A stretch of 64,000 nt of DNA from an uncultured Gemmatimonadales bacterium. GTDB taxonomy: Bacteria > Gemmatimonadota > Gemmatimonadetes > Gemmatimonadales > GWC2-71-9. Within the stretch, counting starts at the first letter, position 1, and each line of letters opens with the position of its first letter. Positions 39,096-50,607 of the stretch are shown piece by piece. The position numbers and the translations under genes were made by a program. The stretch spans positions 79,511-143,510 of the forward strand of contig CAWJMT010000012.1 of the NCBI GenBank assembly GCA_963844035.1, given 5' to 3'. A model generated the notes under the pieces. The model was not told the origin of the DNA. It saw only the letters and a program-made list of their open reading frames with translations, and made no database searches.

Positions 39096-40296
39096 TCGTC
39101 CCGCTGCTCGTGCTGGTTCTCGGGTTGGTGCTGGCGGGCGCCGCCGCCACGGTGGGGGCGGCGGCGGCCGCGGTGGGCCAGCTCGAGCTGACCCGCTGGG
39201 TGTCCGCACCGGCTGCGCGGCGTGGCGGAGGCCGCGCGCCTGCTCGAGAATCCCGGGCACGTGCTCGCCGTCGCCAATGCGCTCACGACGCTGGGGATCG
39301 TGTGTGCGGCGCTTGGCATGCCCGCCTTGCTCGCCGAAACCACCCCCACGTTTCTGGGAGTGTTCACGCTGACCGCCGGGGTGCCGCTGTTCGTGAGCGC
39401 GGTCTACCTCGTGCCCCGGGTGGTCGGACGCCGCTGGGCGGAGTCCATCGTCGGGCGTGCGGTGCCCTGGTTGGATGGCGTGGGTCGCGCGTTGTCGCCG
39501 CTGATTCCGGTGCGGGACGCGTCACCACGGACCGCCCTGGTCGCGGCCCTGTCGGGGGCAGGCACCGACACGCTCTCCGGGTGCCGATGAGATCGCGGTG
39601 GTCTCGGCCGTGCTGGCCTTCGCGGACCGCCCTGTCCGCGAGCTGATGATTCCGCGCACGAGCATCGTCGCGCTTCCCGAAGGAATGGCGGCGGCCGAAG
39701 CGGCGCACGTGTGCGCCCAGGCCGGATTCAGCCGATACCCGGTGTATCGCGGGTCGTTGGATGACGTGATTGGGGTGGCACACGCCTTCGATCTTCTGCG
39801 GCTTCAGCCGGAGGACCCGGTCCCGGTGCGGCCGATGCGTGCCGTACCCGGCACCACTCGTGCGGCGGACTTGATGTTCGAGATGCAGCGAGGGCGGGGC
39901 CACCTGGCGGTGGTGCTGGACGAGTTTGGCGGGACCGCGGGGATGGTCACGCACGAGGACCTCCTGAAGAATCTGGTGGGGGAAATTTTCGGCGAGAGCG
40001 GCTCACGCACCCAGACCGCTGCGGCGCCGGTGCGTCTGGTCGAGCTCGGAGGCAATGCACCGGTGGCCAGTCTCCAGGAGGCGTTCGGCGTCGCGGTGGA
40101 AGGACTGGAGGCGCAGACGGTCGGCGGCTTCCTCGTGCACGCCCTGGGACGCATCCCGCACCCGGGCGAGCGGTTCTTGATCCGCGGTCTGGAGTTCGAT
40201 ATCCTGGCGGCCACGTCCACCAAGGTCGAGCGAGTCGTCGTGCGCCCGGGGAGCATCCGGCCGGTCGCATTGGACCGCACCGAAGAGCGCTCGTGA
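39092..40296 (+). CDS. Second CNNM/HlyC family protein, frameshifts near 39205 and 39585
   Basis: Three frame segments; LMIPR, FSRYPVY, LDEFGGTAG, TVGG. Confidence 0.85.
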
Positions 40297-40334
40297 CCGG
40301 GGGCGTTATCTTGAGACGTGGAGCCTGATTAGCG

Positions 40335-41369
40335 ATGGCGATCGGCGGCATCCTCGAGGGACTGGAGCGCCGGGACCGGGCGGCGCTCGCCCGGGCGATC
40401 AGCCTGGTCGAGAACCAGGGGGACGGATTCGAGCGCGTTCTGACGCACGCGCATGCCCAGGTGGCTCGAGGACAGGCCCGGCGGATCGGAATCACCGGGC
40501 CCCCGGGCGCGGGCAAGAGCACCCTGACCGAGCGTCTCATCCAAGAGTTTCGGGGACGGGGACTTCAGGTCGGCGTCGTCGCGGTCGATCCCACGAGCCC
40601 GTTCACGGGCGGAGCACTGCTCGGCGATCGTATCCGAATGGAGTCCACGACCCTGGATCCGGGCGTGTTCATTCGCTCAATGGCGACCCGCGGATCCCAT
40701 GGCGGTCTGGCCACCACGACCGACGAAGTGGCGGATCTGCTCGCGGCAGCCGGGTTCGAGCGCATTCTCATCGAGACGGTCGGGGTGGGACAGACAGAGC
40801 TGGACGTGGCGGCGACCGCGGAGACCACGGTGCTGGTGCTCGTGCCTGAATCGGGCGATGGCGTCCAAACGCTCAAGGCGGGGGTGATGGAGATCGCCGA
40901 CGTCTACGTCATCAACAAGAGCGATCGACCGGGCTCGGACAAGCTGCGGCAGGAGGTGGAGGTGATGCTCGGCATTCGGCGCGGAGGGAAGGCGGGAAGG
41001 CGGGCAGGCGGGAAGGCGGGTGGTTCGGATGCGGCCGCCCGGCTACCCGCCCTCCCGCCCAGCTGGGAGCCCCCCGTGCTCGCGACGGTGGCGGTGCAGG
41101 GCACCGGCGTTGTCGAGGTCGTGGATGCGCTGGATCGCCATCATGCGTATCTCGAGGCGAGCGGCGTGCTCGAGACCCGTCGTCGTGAGCGGCTGCGCGC
41201 GCGCATGCGCAGCGTGGCGGAGCGAGTGGTCCGGCAATGGGTGTGGGACACCACGCGGGTCGAGGAGCTGCTGGATGAGCGGCTCGACGATGTCGTGCAT
41301 GGGCGTCGGAGTCCGTACGACGTGGCGACGGAACTTCTGGAACAGGTGAAGACCGGAGCGTTGCGATGA
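40335..41369 (+). CDS. meaB: B12 mutase-associated GTPase chaperone MeaB/ArgK
   Basis: GPPGAGKST, VDPTSPFTGGALLGDRIRM, ETVGVGQ, NKSD. Confidence 0.93.
   Translation: MAIGGILEGLERRDRAALARAISLVENQGDGFERVLTHAHAQVARGQARRIGITGPPGAGKSTLTERLIQEFRGRGLQVGVVAVDPTSPFTGGALLGDRIRMESTTLDPGVFIRSMATRGSHGGLATTTDEVADLLAAAGFERILIETVGVGQTELDVAATAETTVLVLVPESGDGVQTLKAGVMEIADVYVINKSDRPGSDKLRQEVEVMLGIRRGGKAGRRAGGKAGGSDAAARLPALPPSWEPPVLATVAVQGTGVVEVVDALDRHHAYLEASGVLETRRRERLRARMRSVAERVVRQWVWDTTRVEELLDERLDDVVHGRRSPYDVATELLEQVKTGALR
40986..41060. repeat. Octamer (GGGAAGGC)n with an imperfect inverted copy, in frame inside meaB
   Basis: gggaaggc gggaaggc gggcaggc gggaaggc ggg ... ccc ggctaccc gccctccc gccc. Confidence 0.75.
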
Positions 41370-42933
41370 GCGACAATGTGCGGAATGTCGTGTACACGCC
41401 GGGGGACCTCGCCGATCTGGACTACGCGCGGCACCTAGGGCGATCCGGGCGAGTATCCCTTCACGCGCGGTATCCATCCCACGATGTACCGTGGGCGGCT
41501 TTGGACCATGCGACAGTTTGCCGGGTTCGGCTCAGCCGAGGATACCAACCGGCGCTACAAGTTCCTGCTCGCGCGCGGTCAGACGGGCCTGTCGGTCGCG
41601 TTCGACTTCCCGACGCTGATGGGCTACGACTCCGACCACCCCCGTTCGGAGGGCGAGGTAGGGAAGTGCGGCGTCGCGATCTCATCGCTGGCCGACATGG
41701 AGGATCTGTTTCGGGGCATTCCCCTCGACCAGGTCTCTACGTCGATGACCATCAACGGACCCGCGGCGATCCTGTTCTGCTTCTACGTCGCCGCGGCGGA
41801 GCGTCAGGACGTGGCAAGCGCCCAGCTCCGGGGCACGGTACAGAACGACATTCTCAAGGAATACATGGCCCAGCATGCCTGGGTCTATCCGGTCGAACCC
41901 GCCCTGAAGATCATCGTGGACATGTTTGAGTGGTGCGCCGACCACGCGCCGCAGTGGAATTCGATCTCGATTTCCGGCTACCATATCCGTGAGGCCGGCG
42001 CCACGGCGGCGCAAGAGTTGGCGTTCACGCTGGCGAACGGCTTCACCTACGTCGAGCGCGGCCAGGCACGCGGCCTGGACGTGGACGCGTTCGCCCCGCG
42101 GCTCTCCTTCTTCTGGGATATTCACAACGACTTCTTCGAGGAGATCGCCAAGCTGCGCGCCGCGCGCCGGATCTGGGCGCGCCACATGCGGGAGCGCTAC
42201 GGAGCCAAACTGCCGCGCTCGTGGATGATGCGGTTCCACAGTCAGACCGCCGGCGTGACGCTCACCGCGCAGCAGCCGATGAACAACGTGGTGCGGGTCG
42301 CCTATCAGGCTCTCGCCGCCGTGCTCGGCGGCACGCAATCGCTGCATACCAACTCACTCGATGAAACCCTCGCGCTGCCCACCGAGCAGGCGGCCCAGCT
42401 GGCGCTGCGCACGCAGCAGATCATCGCCGCCGAGACCGGTGTCGCCGATGTGACGCGATCCACTCGGCGGGTCGTACTACGTGGAAGCCCTGACGGATCA
42501 GCTGGAGCGCGAGGCGGAAGCCCTGTTCGCCGAGATTCAGTCGGTGGGCGGGGTGGTGCAGGGCATCGAGAACGGCTGGTTCCAACGTCAGATCGCGCGC
42601 TCGGCCGCCCAGGCCCAGCGTGACGTCGAGGCGGCCTCCAGCGTGATCGTGGGGGTGAACGACTTTCTGAGCGACGACGATCACCCGGTCGAGATTCTGA
42701 AGATCTCCAATCACGTGGAGGACGATCAGCGCCGCCGCCTCGCACGGCTGCGCGCCGAGCGCGACAACCCTCGCGCCGCCGCGTGCCTGGAAGCGCTGCG
42801 CCAGGCGGGCGAGAACGATCACAATGTGATCGCTCCGATGCTCGACTGCGCCCGCGCCTACTGCACGCTACACGAGATTCGCGAGGCGCTCGAGCGGGTG
42901 TACGGGGCGTACCGGGAGCCGGTGTTCTTTTGA
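41366..42933 (+). CDS. B12-dependent acyl-CoA mutase large subunit, isobutyryl-CoA-mutase-like; frameshifts near 41440 and 42455
   Basis: [46 protein letters not shown]. Confidence 0.88.
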
Positions 42934-42935
42934 CC

Positions 42936-44053
42936 ATGGTCCAGCGGGCGGCGCTGCCGAGCGAAGGGGCCGTGCGGGACGCGGTGAAGCGTCTGGCACG
43001 TGTGAAGCCGGGCGCATTTCTCGTGGTGTCGTGCTTTCTCAAGCTCGAGCCCCGCGACAAGACGCGTGGCAAGTACCTGATCAAGATGAAGAACCGTGTG
43101 CGGCAGGCGCTCCACGGAGCTCGATGGGCTGGGCGCGGAGCGGCGCGTGCGGGACCAGGTGGCGGAGGACCTGAACCGGGTGCTGCGCTTCTTCGAGGAG
43201 CCGGCGCGCCTGCCGGCCGCTCGTGGGGTCGCCTTGTTCGCGTGCGGAAAGCTGGGCCTGTTCGAGGTCATCCCGCTGCCACACGTGCATCGGTCACGCC
43301 TCGCGGTGCGTCCGGTGCCGCTCGTCGGTGAGCTCGTGGCCCTGGAGGAGGAATTCGGCACAATGCTTGCCGTCGCTTGTGACCGCAAGGGTGCACGGTT
43401 CTTTGAAGTCACGGCGTATGACGTGGTCGAGTTGCCCGGACTGACGCCCGCCGGTCGGCCGGACGACGGGGTTTCGCGCGTCGAAACAGCGGCTGGCTCC
43501 CGGGGGACACATCACCGGCGGCGCGGGCGAGGGGAAGCACCACACGCGGATTCGCGAGGAGAAACAGCGTCTGTACGCTAGCGTCGCCGACCAGGTGTTC
43601 CGGATCCACTCCCAACGTCCGGTGGCGGGGCTCGTCGTCGCGGGCGTCGGGGTGGACGCGGGTGCGTTGCTGCCCCATCTGCACACGTACCTGCACGATC
43701 TCGTGCTGGGCGTCGTGCGGATCGCGTCGAAGCGTCCGACCGCGCCGGAGGTGCGGGAGGCGGCGCTCGCCCTGCGCGAGGAGCGCGAGCGTGCCTGGGA
43801 GCGCGCGCACGCCGAGGCGATGCGTGACGGCGTGGGCACCGGATGGGCGGTGAACGGAGTGGAGGCGACCCGCGCCGCGCTGGCGCGCGGGCAGGTGCGT
43901 ACGCTGCTCGCGGACGGCCTCGCCGTGGACGAGCGTATCGACGACGCGATCGAGGACGCATTGGCTGAGCGCGCGCAGATCGACGTGCTATATGACGCGC
44001 GCGCGCGCCGCGCGGTGGACGGTCTCGCCGCATTGCTGCGGTTCCGGCGCTGA
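42936..44053 (+). CDS. Bacterial archaeo-eukaryotic release factor (baeRF, eRF1-like) family protein; frameshifts near 43115 and 43455
   Basis: [31 protein letters not shown] and C-terminal GLAALLRF, the eRF1 domain-3 ending. Confidence 0.75.
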
Positions 44054-44484
44054 TGACGCCCGGGGCAGGCACGGCGCGCAAGCGGCCGATTCGCGTCCTC
44101 GTGGCGAAGCCGGGCCTCGACGGTCACGATCGCGGTGCCAAGGTCGTGGCTGCCGCGCTCCGGGACGCTGGGATGGAAGTGATCTACACCGGGCTCCACC
44201 AGACGCCGGAGCAGATCGCGCAGGCGGCGATTCAAGAGGACGTCGACGTTGTCGGCCTGTCGATTCTTTCCGGGGCCCACATGACCCTGTTCCCGCGCGT
44301 CAAGCAGCTGCTCGATCGCGCCGGGCGCGGTGATATCCTGGTGACGGGCGGCGGCATCATTCCACCCGAGGACATGGCCGAGCTCGAGCAGCAGGGCGTG
44401 GGAAAATTATTCGGGCCGGGTACGCCCACGTCGGACCTCATCAAGTACATCGGCGCGTGGGCGGCCTCGCGTGTCACGACCTGA
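44053..44484 (+). CDS. Cobalamin-binding small subunit of the acyl-CoA mutase
   Basis: [12 protein letters not shown] (DxHxxG), [14 protein letters not shown]. Confidence 0.93.
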   Translation: MTPGAGTARKRPIRVLVAKPGLDGHDRGAKVVAAALRDAGMEVIYTGLHQTPEQIAQAAIQEDVDVVGLSILSGAHMTLFPRVKQLLDRAGRGDILVTGGGIIPPEDMAELEQQGVGKLFGPGTPTSDLIKYIGAWAASRVTT

Positions 44485-44502
44485 CCCGCCAGCCAGGCTT
44501 CG

Positions 44503-46077
44503 ATGAGCCGCCTCAGGACCCTCACGGCCGAGTTCCGCGCGCTGAAGGCGCGCGTGGAAGGTGGCGGCGGTCCTGACAAGGTGCGGCGCCAACACGAGCA
44601 GGGAAAGCTGACGGCGCGCGAGCGGGTGGGGGGGTTGTTCGATCCCGACAGGCCATGGTTCGAAGTTGGATTGCTGGTGGCATACGATCGCTACGACGGG
44701 CAGGCGCCCGCTGCCGGCGTGGTCACGGCCCTGGGTCTCATCGGGGGCCGTCCGGTGGTGGTCGTCGCCAATGACGCGACCGTCAAAGCCGGAGCGTGGT
44801 GGCCGGAGACCATTCAGAAGATCCTTCGCACGCAGGAGATTGCGATGCGCGAACGGATCCCTATCGTATACCTCGTGGATTCCGCAGGCGTGAACCTGCC
44901 CTACCAGGATGGCGTGTTCCCCGGCCAGTACGGGGCGGCCCGTATCTTCTACTATAACTCGCTCATGCGGCGGTACCTCCGGGTACCGCAAATCGCGGCG
45001 GTCATGGGGCCCTGCATTGCGGGGGGGGCGTACCTCCCGGCGCTCTCCGACGTGATTTTCATGGTCGAGGGGACCTCATTCATGGGGCTGGGTGGTCCGA
45101 ATCTTGTAAAAGGGGCTACCGGGCAGACCGTGGATGCGGAGGCGCTGGGGGGCGCGGCCACGCACACTGTGACGAGCGCCGTGGCGCATTATCGGGCGAA
45201 GAGCGACCGTGAGTGCCTGGAGCAGCTGCGCGAATACGTCGCGCGGCTGCCGTGGACGCATGCTCCACAGCCGGCGGGGCGGGCGGCGGCGCGCGCAGTG
45301 GGCGATCTATACGACCTGCTCCCCGCGGATCACCGCATGAGCTATGACGTTAGGGCGGTGCTCGACTGCCTGCTCGATGCCGGTGGGTTGGCGGAGTTCC
45401 AGCCCGGCGTCGCGCCGGAGCTGATCTGCGGGCACGGGGCGGTCGCGGGACATCGGGTCGCCGTGATCGCGAACTCGCGCGGGGTCATCAAGGGGCGCTC
45501 TGGTGTAGCCACTAAGATCGGCGGTATCATCTACACCGAGAGCGCTGAAAAAGCAGCATATTTCATTGAGAACGCCGACCGGGAACGGCTCCCGCTGCTG
45601 TTCCTTCAGGATGTGTCGGGGTTCATGATCGGCGTCGAAGCGGAGCACTCGGGGATCATCCGGGCGGGTGCGCGTTTCGTGGAGGCGATGGCGACGGCGA
45701 CGGTGCCCAAGATCGTGCTCACCGTCAATCACGCTTCAGGCGCCGGGTACTATGCGATGGCCGGGCAGGGGTTCGACCCGGACTTCATTCTCACCTGGCC
45801 GACGGGGCGAATGGGAGTGATGGAAGGAGAGTCTGCGGTGCAGGCAGTGTTTGGAGAGACGGTGGCGACGGCGGAAAGCGCCGGCGCGGCTGATGCGATG
45901 CGGGCCGACTATGAGCGGCAGCTCGATGCGAAATTCGCTGCCGCCCGCGGTTTTGTGGACGCGATCGTGACTCCCGAAGAGACCCGCGATGTGCTGGCCC
46001 TGCTGCTCGAGACCACTCGCGGATGGGACGGACCCCACCTGGGGCCGTTCGTACTGTCCGGAAGGGGGGGCGCATGA
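44503..46077 (+). CDS. Acyl-CoA carboxylase carboxyltransferase (beta) subunit, MCC/LiuB-like
   Basis: GKLTARER, ANDATVKAG, VDSAG, CIAGGAY, GAGYYAM. Confidence 0.9.
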   Translation: MSRLRTLTAEFRALKARVEGGGGPDKVRRQHEQGKLTARERVGGLFDPDRPWFEVGLLVAYDRYDGQAPAAGVVTALGLIGGRPVVVVANDATVKAGAWWPETIQKILRTQEIAMRERIPIVYLVDSAGVNLPYQDGVFPGQYGAARIFYYNSLMRRYLRVPQIAAVMGPCIAGGAYLPALSDVIFMVEGTSFMGLGGPNLVKGATGQTVDAEALGGAATHTVTSAVAHYRAKSDRECLEQLREYVARLPWTHAPQPAGRAAARAVGDLYDLLPADHRMSYDVRAVLDCLLDAGGLAEFQPGVAPELICGHGAVAGHRVAVIANSRGVIKGRSGVATKIGGIIYTESAEKAAYFIENADRERLPLLFLQDVSGFMIGVEAEHSGIIRAGARFVEAMATATVPKIVLTVNHASGAGYYAMAGQGFDPDFILTWPTGRMGVMEGESAVQAVFGETVATAESAGAADAMRADYERQLDAKFAAARGFVDAIVTPEETRDVLALLLETTRGWDGPHLGPFVLSGRGGA

Positions 46078-48902
46078 GAAGGTTGCGCTGGTGGTCGTTC
46101 GTTGCCGGGACGAGCGTGGCCTGCGGTGGTGGGGGCACGGGCCGGCAGGCCGCCCCGCCGGTTCCGCGTCCGACGGCGACGCGGTCGGCGGCGGGAGCAC
46201 CGGTGATCACGACGCCGGGCCCGAACCTTCCGCGGACGTCCGAGCCTGTGTTCCCGCCCCGCGTCGCCTACGACGCGGGGTACCTGCCTGTCGCGGCCAC
46301 CGGCGTAGACCAGTTCCGGCTCCGCCACCCCACGTACGACGGGCGTGGCGTGCTCATCGGGATTTTGGACTCAGGGTTGGACCCCGGCGTCGATGGCCTC
46401 CGTAAGACGAGCGACGGCACGCCGAAAGTCCTCGACGTACGAGACTTCGCGGGCGAAGGCGCCGTGGCGCTCAAGCCTGTGACTCCGCGACTCGACGGCA
46501 CGATCCGCGTGGACGATCGCACGCTCATGGGTGCCGGGCGGATCGCGCGCGTCACCGGGAGCACCCTGTGGTACTCGGGTGCGCTGCGCGAGCTCTCGAT
46601 GGGCAGTCTGTCCGCCGCCGACTTGAACGGCAACGGCACCAACACCGACGCGTTTCCCGTCGTCGTCGTCAAGGCGATCGATGGCTGGGTCGCGTTTATC
46701 GATACGAACCTGGACGGCACGTTCGAGGACGAGACGCCCCTGCACGACTATCGCCAGGGGCGGGAGACGACGGCGTTGGGCGAGAAGCCGCTCACCGTCG
46801 CCGCCAACTTCGACGAGGTCAACGGCCACCCGGTGCTCGGCTTCGTCTTTGACAATTCCGGTCACGGCACGCATGTGGCAGGGATCGCCGCCGCGCACAA
46901 CCTGTTCGGCGTTGCCGGCTTCGACGGCGTCGCCCCGGGAGCGCAGCTCATCGGCCTGAAGATTGCCAACAACGCCCGCGGGGGCGTGTCGGTCACGGGC
47001 AGCATGCAGCGCGCCATGGCGTACGCCGCGCGGTTTGCCGAGGCGCGCGGGCTCCCCCTCGTGTTGAACCTGAGCTTCGGCCTCGGCAACGAGTTCGAAG
47101 GGCGTGCGGCGATCGACTCGATCATCAACGCATTCCTCATCGCGCACCCGACGGTGGTGTTCGCGATCAGCGCAGGCAACGACGGCCCGGGGCTTTCCAC
47201 CGTGGGATTTCCGGCGTCAGCCGATCTGGCGCTTTCCACCGGTGCCGTGCTGCCCGGGGCGTTCGCCCGCTCGCCCTACGCGGCGGGACCGCGGGCACGC
47301 GACGTCATCGGATGGTGGAGCTCCCGCGGCGGCGAGCTTGCCAAGCCGGACATCATTGTCCCCGGCGTCGCCTTCTCGTCGGTCCCGAAGTTCGACACCG
47401 GAGGTGAGGTGAAGGGCGGCACCAGCATGGCCGCCCCCCATGCGGCGGGCCTTGCGGCATGTCTGGTGTCTGCGATGGAGCAGGAGGGCCGGAGCGTGGG
47501 TGCCGCGGAAGTGACCCAGGCGCTCCGCGTCTCCGGCCGTCGGTTCGCCGGCGCGAATGCGCTCGATCAGGGCGCGGGCGAGCCGCAGCTCGAGACGGCT
47601 TACCTCTGGCTCAGCGCCGGTCATCAGGGCTCCCAGTATCTCGTGCGCACCGCCGCCGGGACGTCGGCGGCGTTCCGGCGCGACGGGTTCGCGGGCCCCG
47701 GTGACACCCTGGAGGTGTTCCGTGTGCGTCACGTCGCTGGGCTGCGGGCTGCGGAGTTCCTGCTGCGCAGCAACGTTCGTTGGCTGTCGGTGCCCGATTC
47801 CGTCACGGCAGGTTCCGTCGAGACGGCGATCACCGTCCGATACGCCGCCGGGAGCCTCGTCGCCCCGGGCGTGTACATGGGCAGCGTGAGCGCCTGGAAT
47901 CCGAGCGATACGCTCGCGGGACCCCTCTTCACGCTCGTCAACACCGTGGTCGTGCCGCACGATCTTGCCGCTCACCCCCTGGTGGACGAAGCGAGGGCGA
48001 TCGGCCCCGCGAAAGTGCAGCGCTACTTCCTGCGGGTGCCGGAGGCGGGCGGGACGTTGCGGGCCACCGTCACCCTGGCCGATTCCGTGGGACAACGCGC
48101 GACCACGCGGTTGTACGAACCCAGCGGCCAGCCATTCCGGGGTGCTGACGAAACTCCCCTGGGGGTGCGGGATCCCGGCTCGGCGCAGTTCGTCGTTCGC
48201 AGCGAGGACCTCATGCCCGGGGTGTACGAGCTGGACGTGTTTTCGCCCCCGCTCGCCTTGGCCACAGCGACGGTGCGCGCGGAGCTCTCTCCCCTGACGT
48301 TCGATGTCGGAAGCGATGGTCTGGAGATCGCAAGCAGCGGCGCGATCACCGTGGCCGGACGTGCCGCGGTCGCACTGCTCGGCGCGGGGCGCGACTTCGA
48401 GGTCACCGGACGGGGTGCGCTTGCCGAGACGCTCACCGTGCGGGTGCCAGAGTGGGCGTCAATCCTGCAGATCGACGTCACCATGCCGCCGTTCCAATGG
48501 AACACCCTCACGGGACTTGCCGCGACGGAGTTCGATTCGAGCGGGCAGCAGGTGGCGCAACAGTCCCTGACGTACTCGTCGGGACGGCAGCGCCTGGCGA
48601 TTCCGGCGAACCTGCGGCGGCGGGCACTCGCGATCGAGCTGTTCCCGGCGTTCGCCCGGCCTGAGGGCCCCCACCAGTGGCGGGCCACCGTGCGATTCCG
48701 TTTTCTCCTCGCGCGCGAGCAGACGGCGGGCGATGCCAAAGAGGTATCCGTCGTTCCCGGCGGGCGCATCAAGGTCGAAATGCCGGAGCTGCCGGCGTTG
48801 ACACTCACCGAGGGCTTCACGCCGTTCGTGGAAGTGCGCGTGCGTCCTCAGAAGGGGCCCGGAGTGACGGCCGTCCGTCGCGTCCTGATCGCGCGGCGCT
48901 GA
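46074..48902 (+). CDS. S8 subtilisin-family lipoprotein, tripeptidyl-peptidase II-like
   Basis: Lipobox [39 protein letters not shown]. Confidence 0.88.
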   Translation: MRRLRWWSFVAGTSVACGGGGTGRQAAPPVPRPTATRSAAGAPVITTPGPNLPRTSEPVFPPRVAYDAGYLPVAATGVDQFRLRHPTYDGRGVLIGILDSGLDPGVDGLRKTSDGTPKVLDVRDFAGEGAVALKPVTPRLDGTIRVDDRTLMGAGRIARVTGSTLWYSGALRELSMGSLSAADLNGNGTNTDAFPVVVVKAIDGWVAFIDTNLDGTFEDETPLHDYRQGRETTALGEKPLTVAANFDEVNGHPVLGFVFDNSGHGTHVAGIAAAHNLFGVAGFDGVAPGAQLIGLKIANNARGGVSVTGSMQRAMAYAARFAEARGLPLVLNLSFGLGNEFEGRAAIDSIINAFLIAHPTVVFAISAGNDGPGLSTVGFPASADLALSTGAVLPGAFARSPYAAGPRARDVIGWWSSRGGELAKPDIIVPGVAFSSVPKFDTGGEVKGGTSMAAPHAAGLAACLVSAMEQEGRSVGAAEVTQALRVSGRRFAGANALDQGAGEPQLETAYLWLSAGHQGSQYLVRTAAGTSAAFRRDGFAGPGDTLEVFRVRHVAGLRAAEFLLRSNVRWLSVPDSVTAGSVETAITVRYAAGSLVAPGVYMGSVSAWNPSDTLAGPLFTLVNTVVVPHDLAAHPLVDEARAIGPAKVQRYFLRVPEAGGTLRATVTLADSVGQRATTRLYEPSGQPFRGADETPLGVRDPGSAQFVVRSEDLMPGVYELDVFSPPLALATATVRAELSPLTFDVGSDGLEIASSGAITVAGRAAVALLGAGRDFEVTGRGALAETLTVRVPEWASILQIDVTMPPFQWNTLTGLAATEFDSSGQQVAQQSLTYSSGRQRLAIPANLRRRALAIELFPAFARPEGPHQWRATVRFRFLLAREQTAGDAKEVSVVPGGRIKVEMPELPALTLTEGFTPFVEVRVRPQKGPGVTAVRRVLIARR

Positions 48903-50281
48903 TGCCTAAGGGCGGGAGCGTGCGGGTCGCTGCCGCCCAGGGATTTTGGGGGGATTGGCTCGAAGCCCCGTTCCGCCAGGTGACCGGGGGGCCCATCGAC
49001 TACCTGATGTTGGACTACCTGGCCGAAGTGACGATGTCGATCCTCCAGAAGCAGAAATCGCGGGATCCCACGCTTGGCTACGCCACCGACTTCGTTCCGG
49101 CGATGGAGCGGATTCTTCCCCTCCTCGCACGCCGGGGGATCAAGGTCACCGCCAACGCCGGTGGCCTCAACCCGCGCGCCTGCGCGCAGGCCCTGGCCGA
49201 GGCGGCGCGCCAGGCGGGGCTCGGAGGCCGATTTCGAATCGGCGTCGTAACCGGGGATGACCTGCTGGACCGTCTGGATGCACTACTCGCGGCCGGGCAC
49301 TCGTTGCACAACCTCGATACCGGCCGGCCGCTCACCGACGTGCGTGACCGGGTCGTCGCGGCAAACGCGTACCTCGGTGCCGCACCGATCGTTGACGCGT
49401 TGCGGCGGGGCGCCAACGCCGTAATTACGGGGCGGGTGACCGATGCCGCGCTTACGCTCGCGCCGCTGATGCACGCGTTCGACTGGCGGCCCGATGATTG
49501 GGATTTGCTCGCGGCGGGCGTCGTGGCCGGTCACACGATCGAGTGCGGAGCGCAGGCCAGCGGAGGGAACTGCCTCGTGGATTGGCACCGGATTCCCGAC
49601 CTCGCCAACGTCGGGTATCCGATCGCGGAGGCAGCCCGAGACGGGACGTTCGAGATCACCAAGCATCCCGGTACCGGCGGCCGCATCACCGTGGCCGGCG
49701 TGACCGAGCAGCTCGTGTACGAAATCGGCGACCCAACGCAGTACATCACGCCCGATTGCATCGCCGATTTCACGACCATCAGGCTGCGCCAGGCCGGCAA
49801 GGACCGTGTCCGGGTTTCAGGGATAGGCGGCCGCGCCGCCACGGACAAGCTCAAGGTCTCGCTCGCGTACTTCTACGGCTACAAGGCGGTGGGTACCCTG
49901 GTGTACGCGTGGCCGGACGCCTACAAGAAAGCTCGGGCCGCCGACCGGATCTTGCGCGAGCGGCTGCGGGATTTGGGGCTCGAATTCGAGGCGATTCACA
50001 CCGAATTTCTGGGCGTGGATGCCACCCACGGCCGCCTGGCGCGCGGGACACCGCCCGACGCCGACCTTCCCGAGGTGCAGCTGCGCATCGGCGTGCGGTC
50101 CCCCGAGCGGCCGCCGGTCGAGCGGTTCACCCGGGAGATCGCGCCGCTGGTCCTGAACGGGCCGCCGAGCGTCACGGGGTTCGCCGGCGGCCGGCCGAAA
50201 CCGGAGGAGATCGTCGCGTTCTGGCCGGCGCTGATCGATCGCCGCGCAGTCGGCCCGGTTGTGGAGGTGGTGGAGGCATGA
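48902..50281 (+). CDS. AtuA (DUF1446) family protein
   Basis: [46 protein letters not shown]. Confidence 0.9.
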   Translation: MPKGGSVRVAAAQGFWGDWLEAPFRQVTGGPIDYLMLDYLAEVTMSILQKQKSRDPTLGYATDFVPAMERILPLLARRGIKVTANAGGLNPRACAQALAEAARQAGLGGRFRIGVVTGDDLLDRLDALLAAGHSLHNLDTGRPLTDVRDRVVAANAYLGAAPIVDALRRGANAVITGRVTDAALTLAPLMHAFDWRPDDWDLLAAGVVAGHTIECGAQASGGNCLVDWHRIPDLANVGYPIAEAARDGTFEITKHPGTGGRITVAGVTEQLVYEIGDPTQYITPDCIADFTTIRLRQAGKDRVRVSGIGGRAATDKLKVSLAYFYGYKAVGTLVYAWPDAYKKARAADRILRERLRDLGLEFEAIHTEFLGVDATHGRLARGTPPDADLPEVQLRIGVRSPERPPVERFTREIAPLVLNGPPSVTGFAGGRPKPEEIVAFWPALIDRRAVGPVVEVVEA

Positions 50282-50607
50282 CGCGCACCCGGAAGGTGCG
50301 GCTGCTCGATCTGGCGCACGCGCGGTCGGGCGACAAAGGCGATACGGCGAACATCGGGCTCATCGCGCTCAAGCCCGAGTACTATCCGCTGCTCGTGAAG
50401 CATGTGACGGCTGCGCGTGTCGGAAAACATTTCAAGGGAGTCGTCCGGGGCCCTGTGAAGCGCTACGAGCTGCCGAACCTGCGCGCGCTGAACTTCCTGC
50501 TGCCCGGGGCGCTGGACGGCGGCGGCACCGTCTCGCTCAAGACGGACGCCCAGGCCAAGGTCTTCTCGACGGCGCTCCTGCGCATGGAGATCACCCTACC
50601 TCGATGA
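50278..50607 (+). CDS. AtuA-related small protein (stand-alone C-terminal domain)
   Basis: [30 protein letters not shown]...SLKTDAQAK. Confidence 0.85.
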   Translation: MTRTRKVRLLDLAHARSGDKGDTANIGLIALKPEYYPLLVKHVTAARVGKHFKGVVRGPVKRYELPNLRALNFLLPGALDGGGTVSLKTDAQAKVFSTALLRMEITLPR

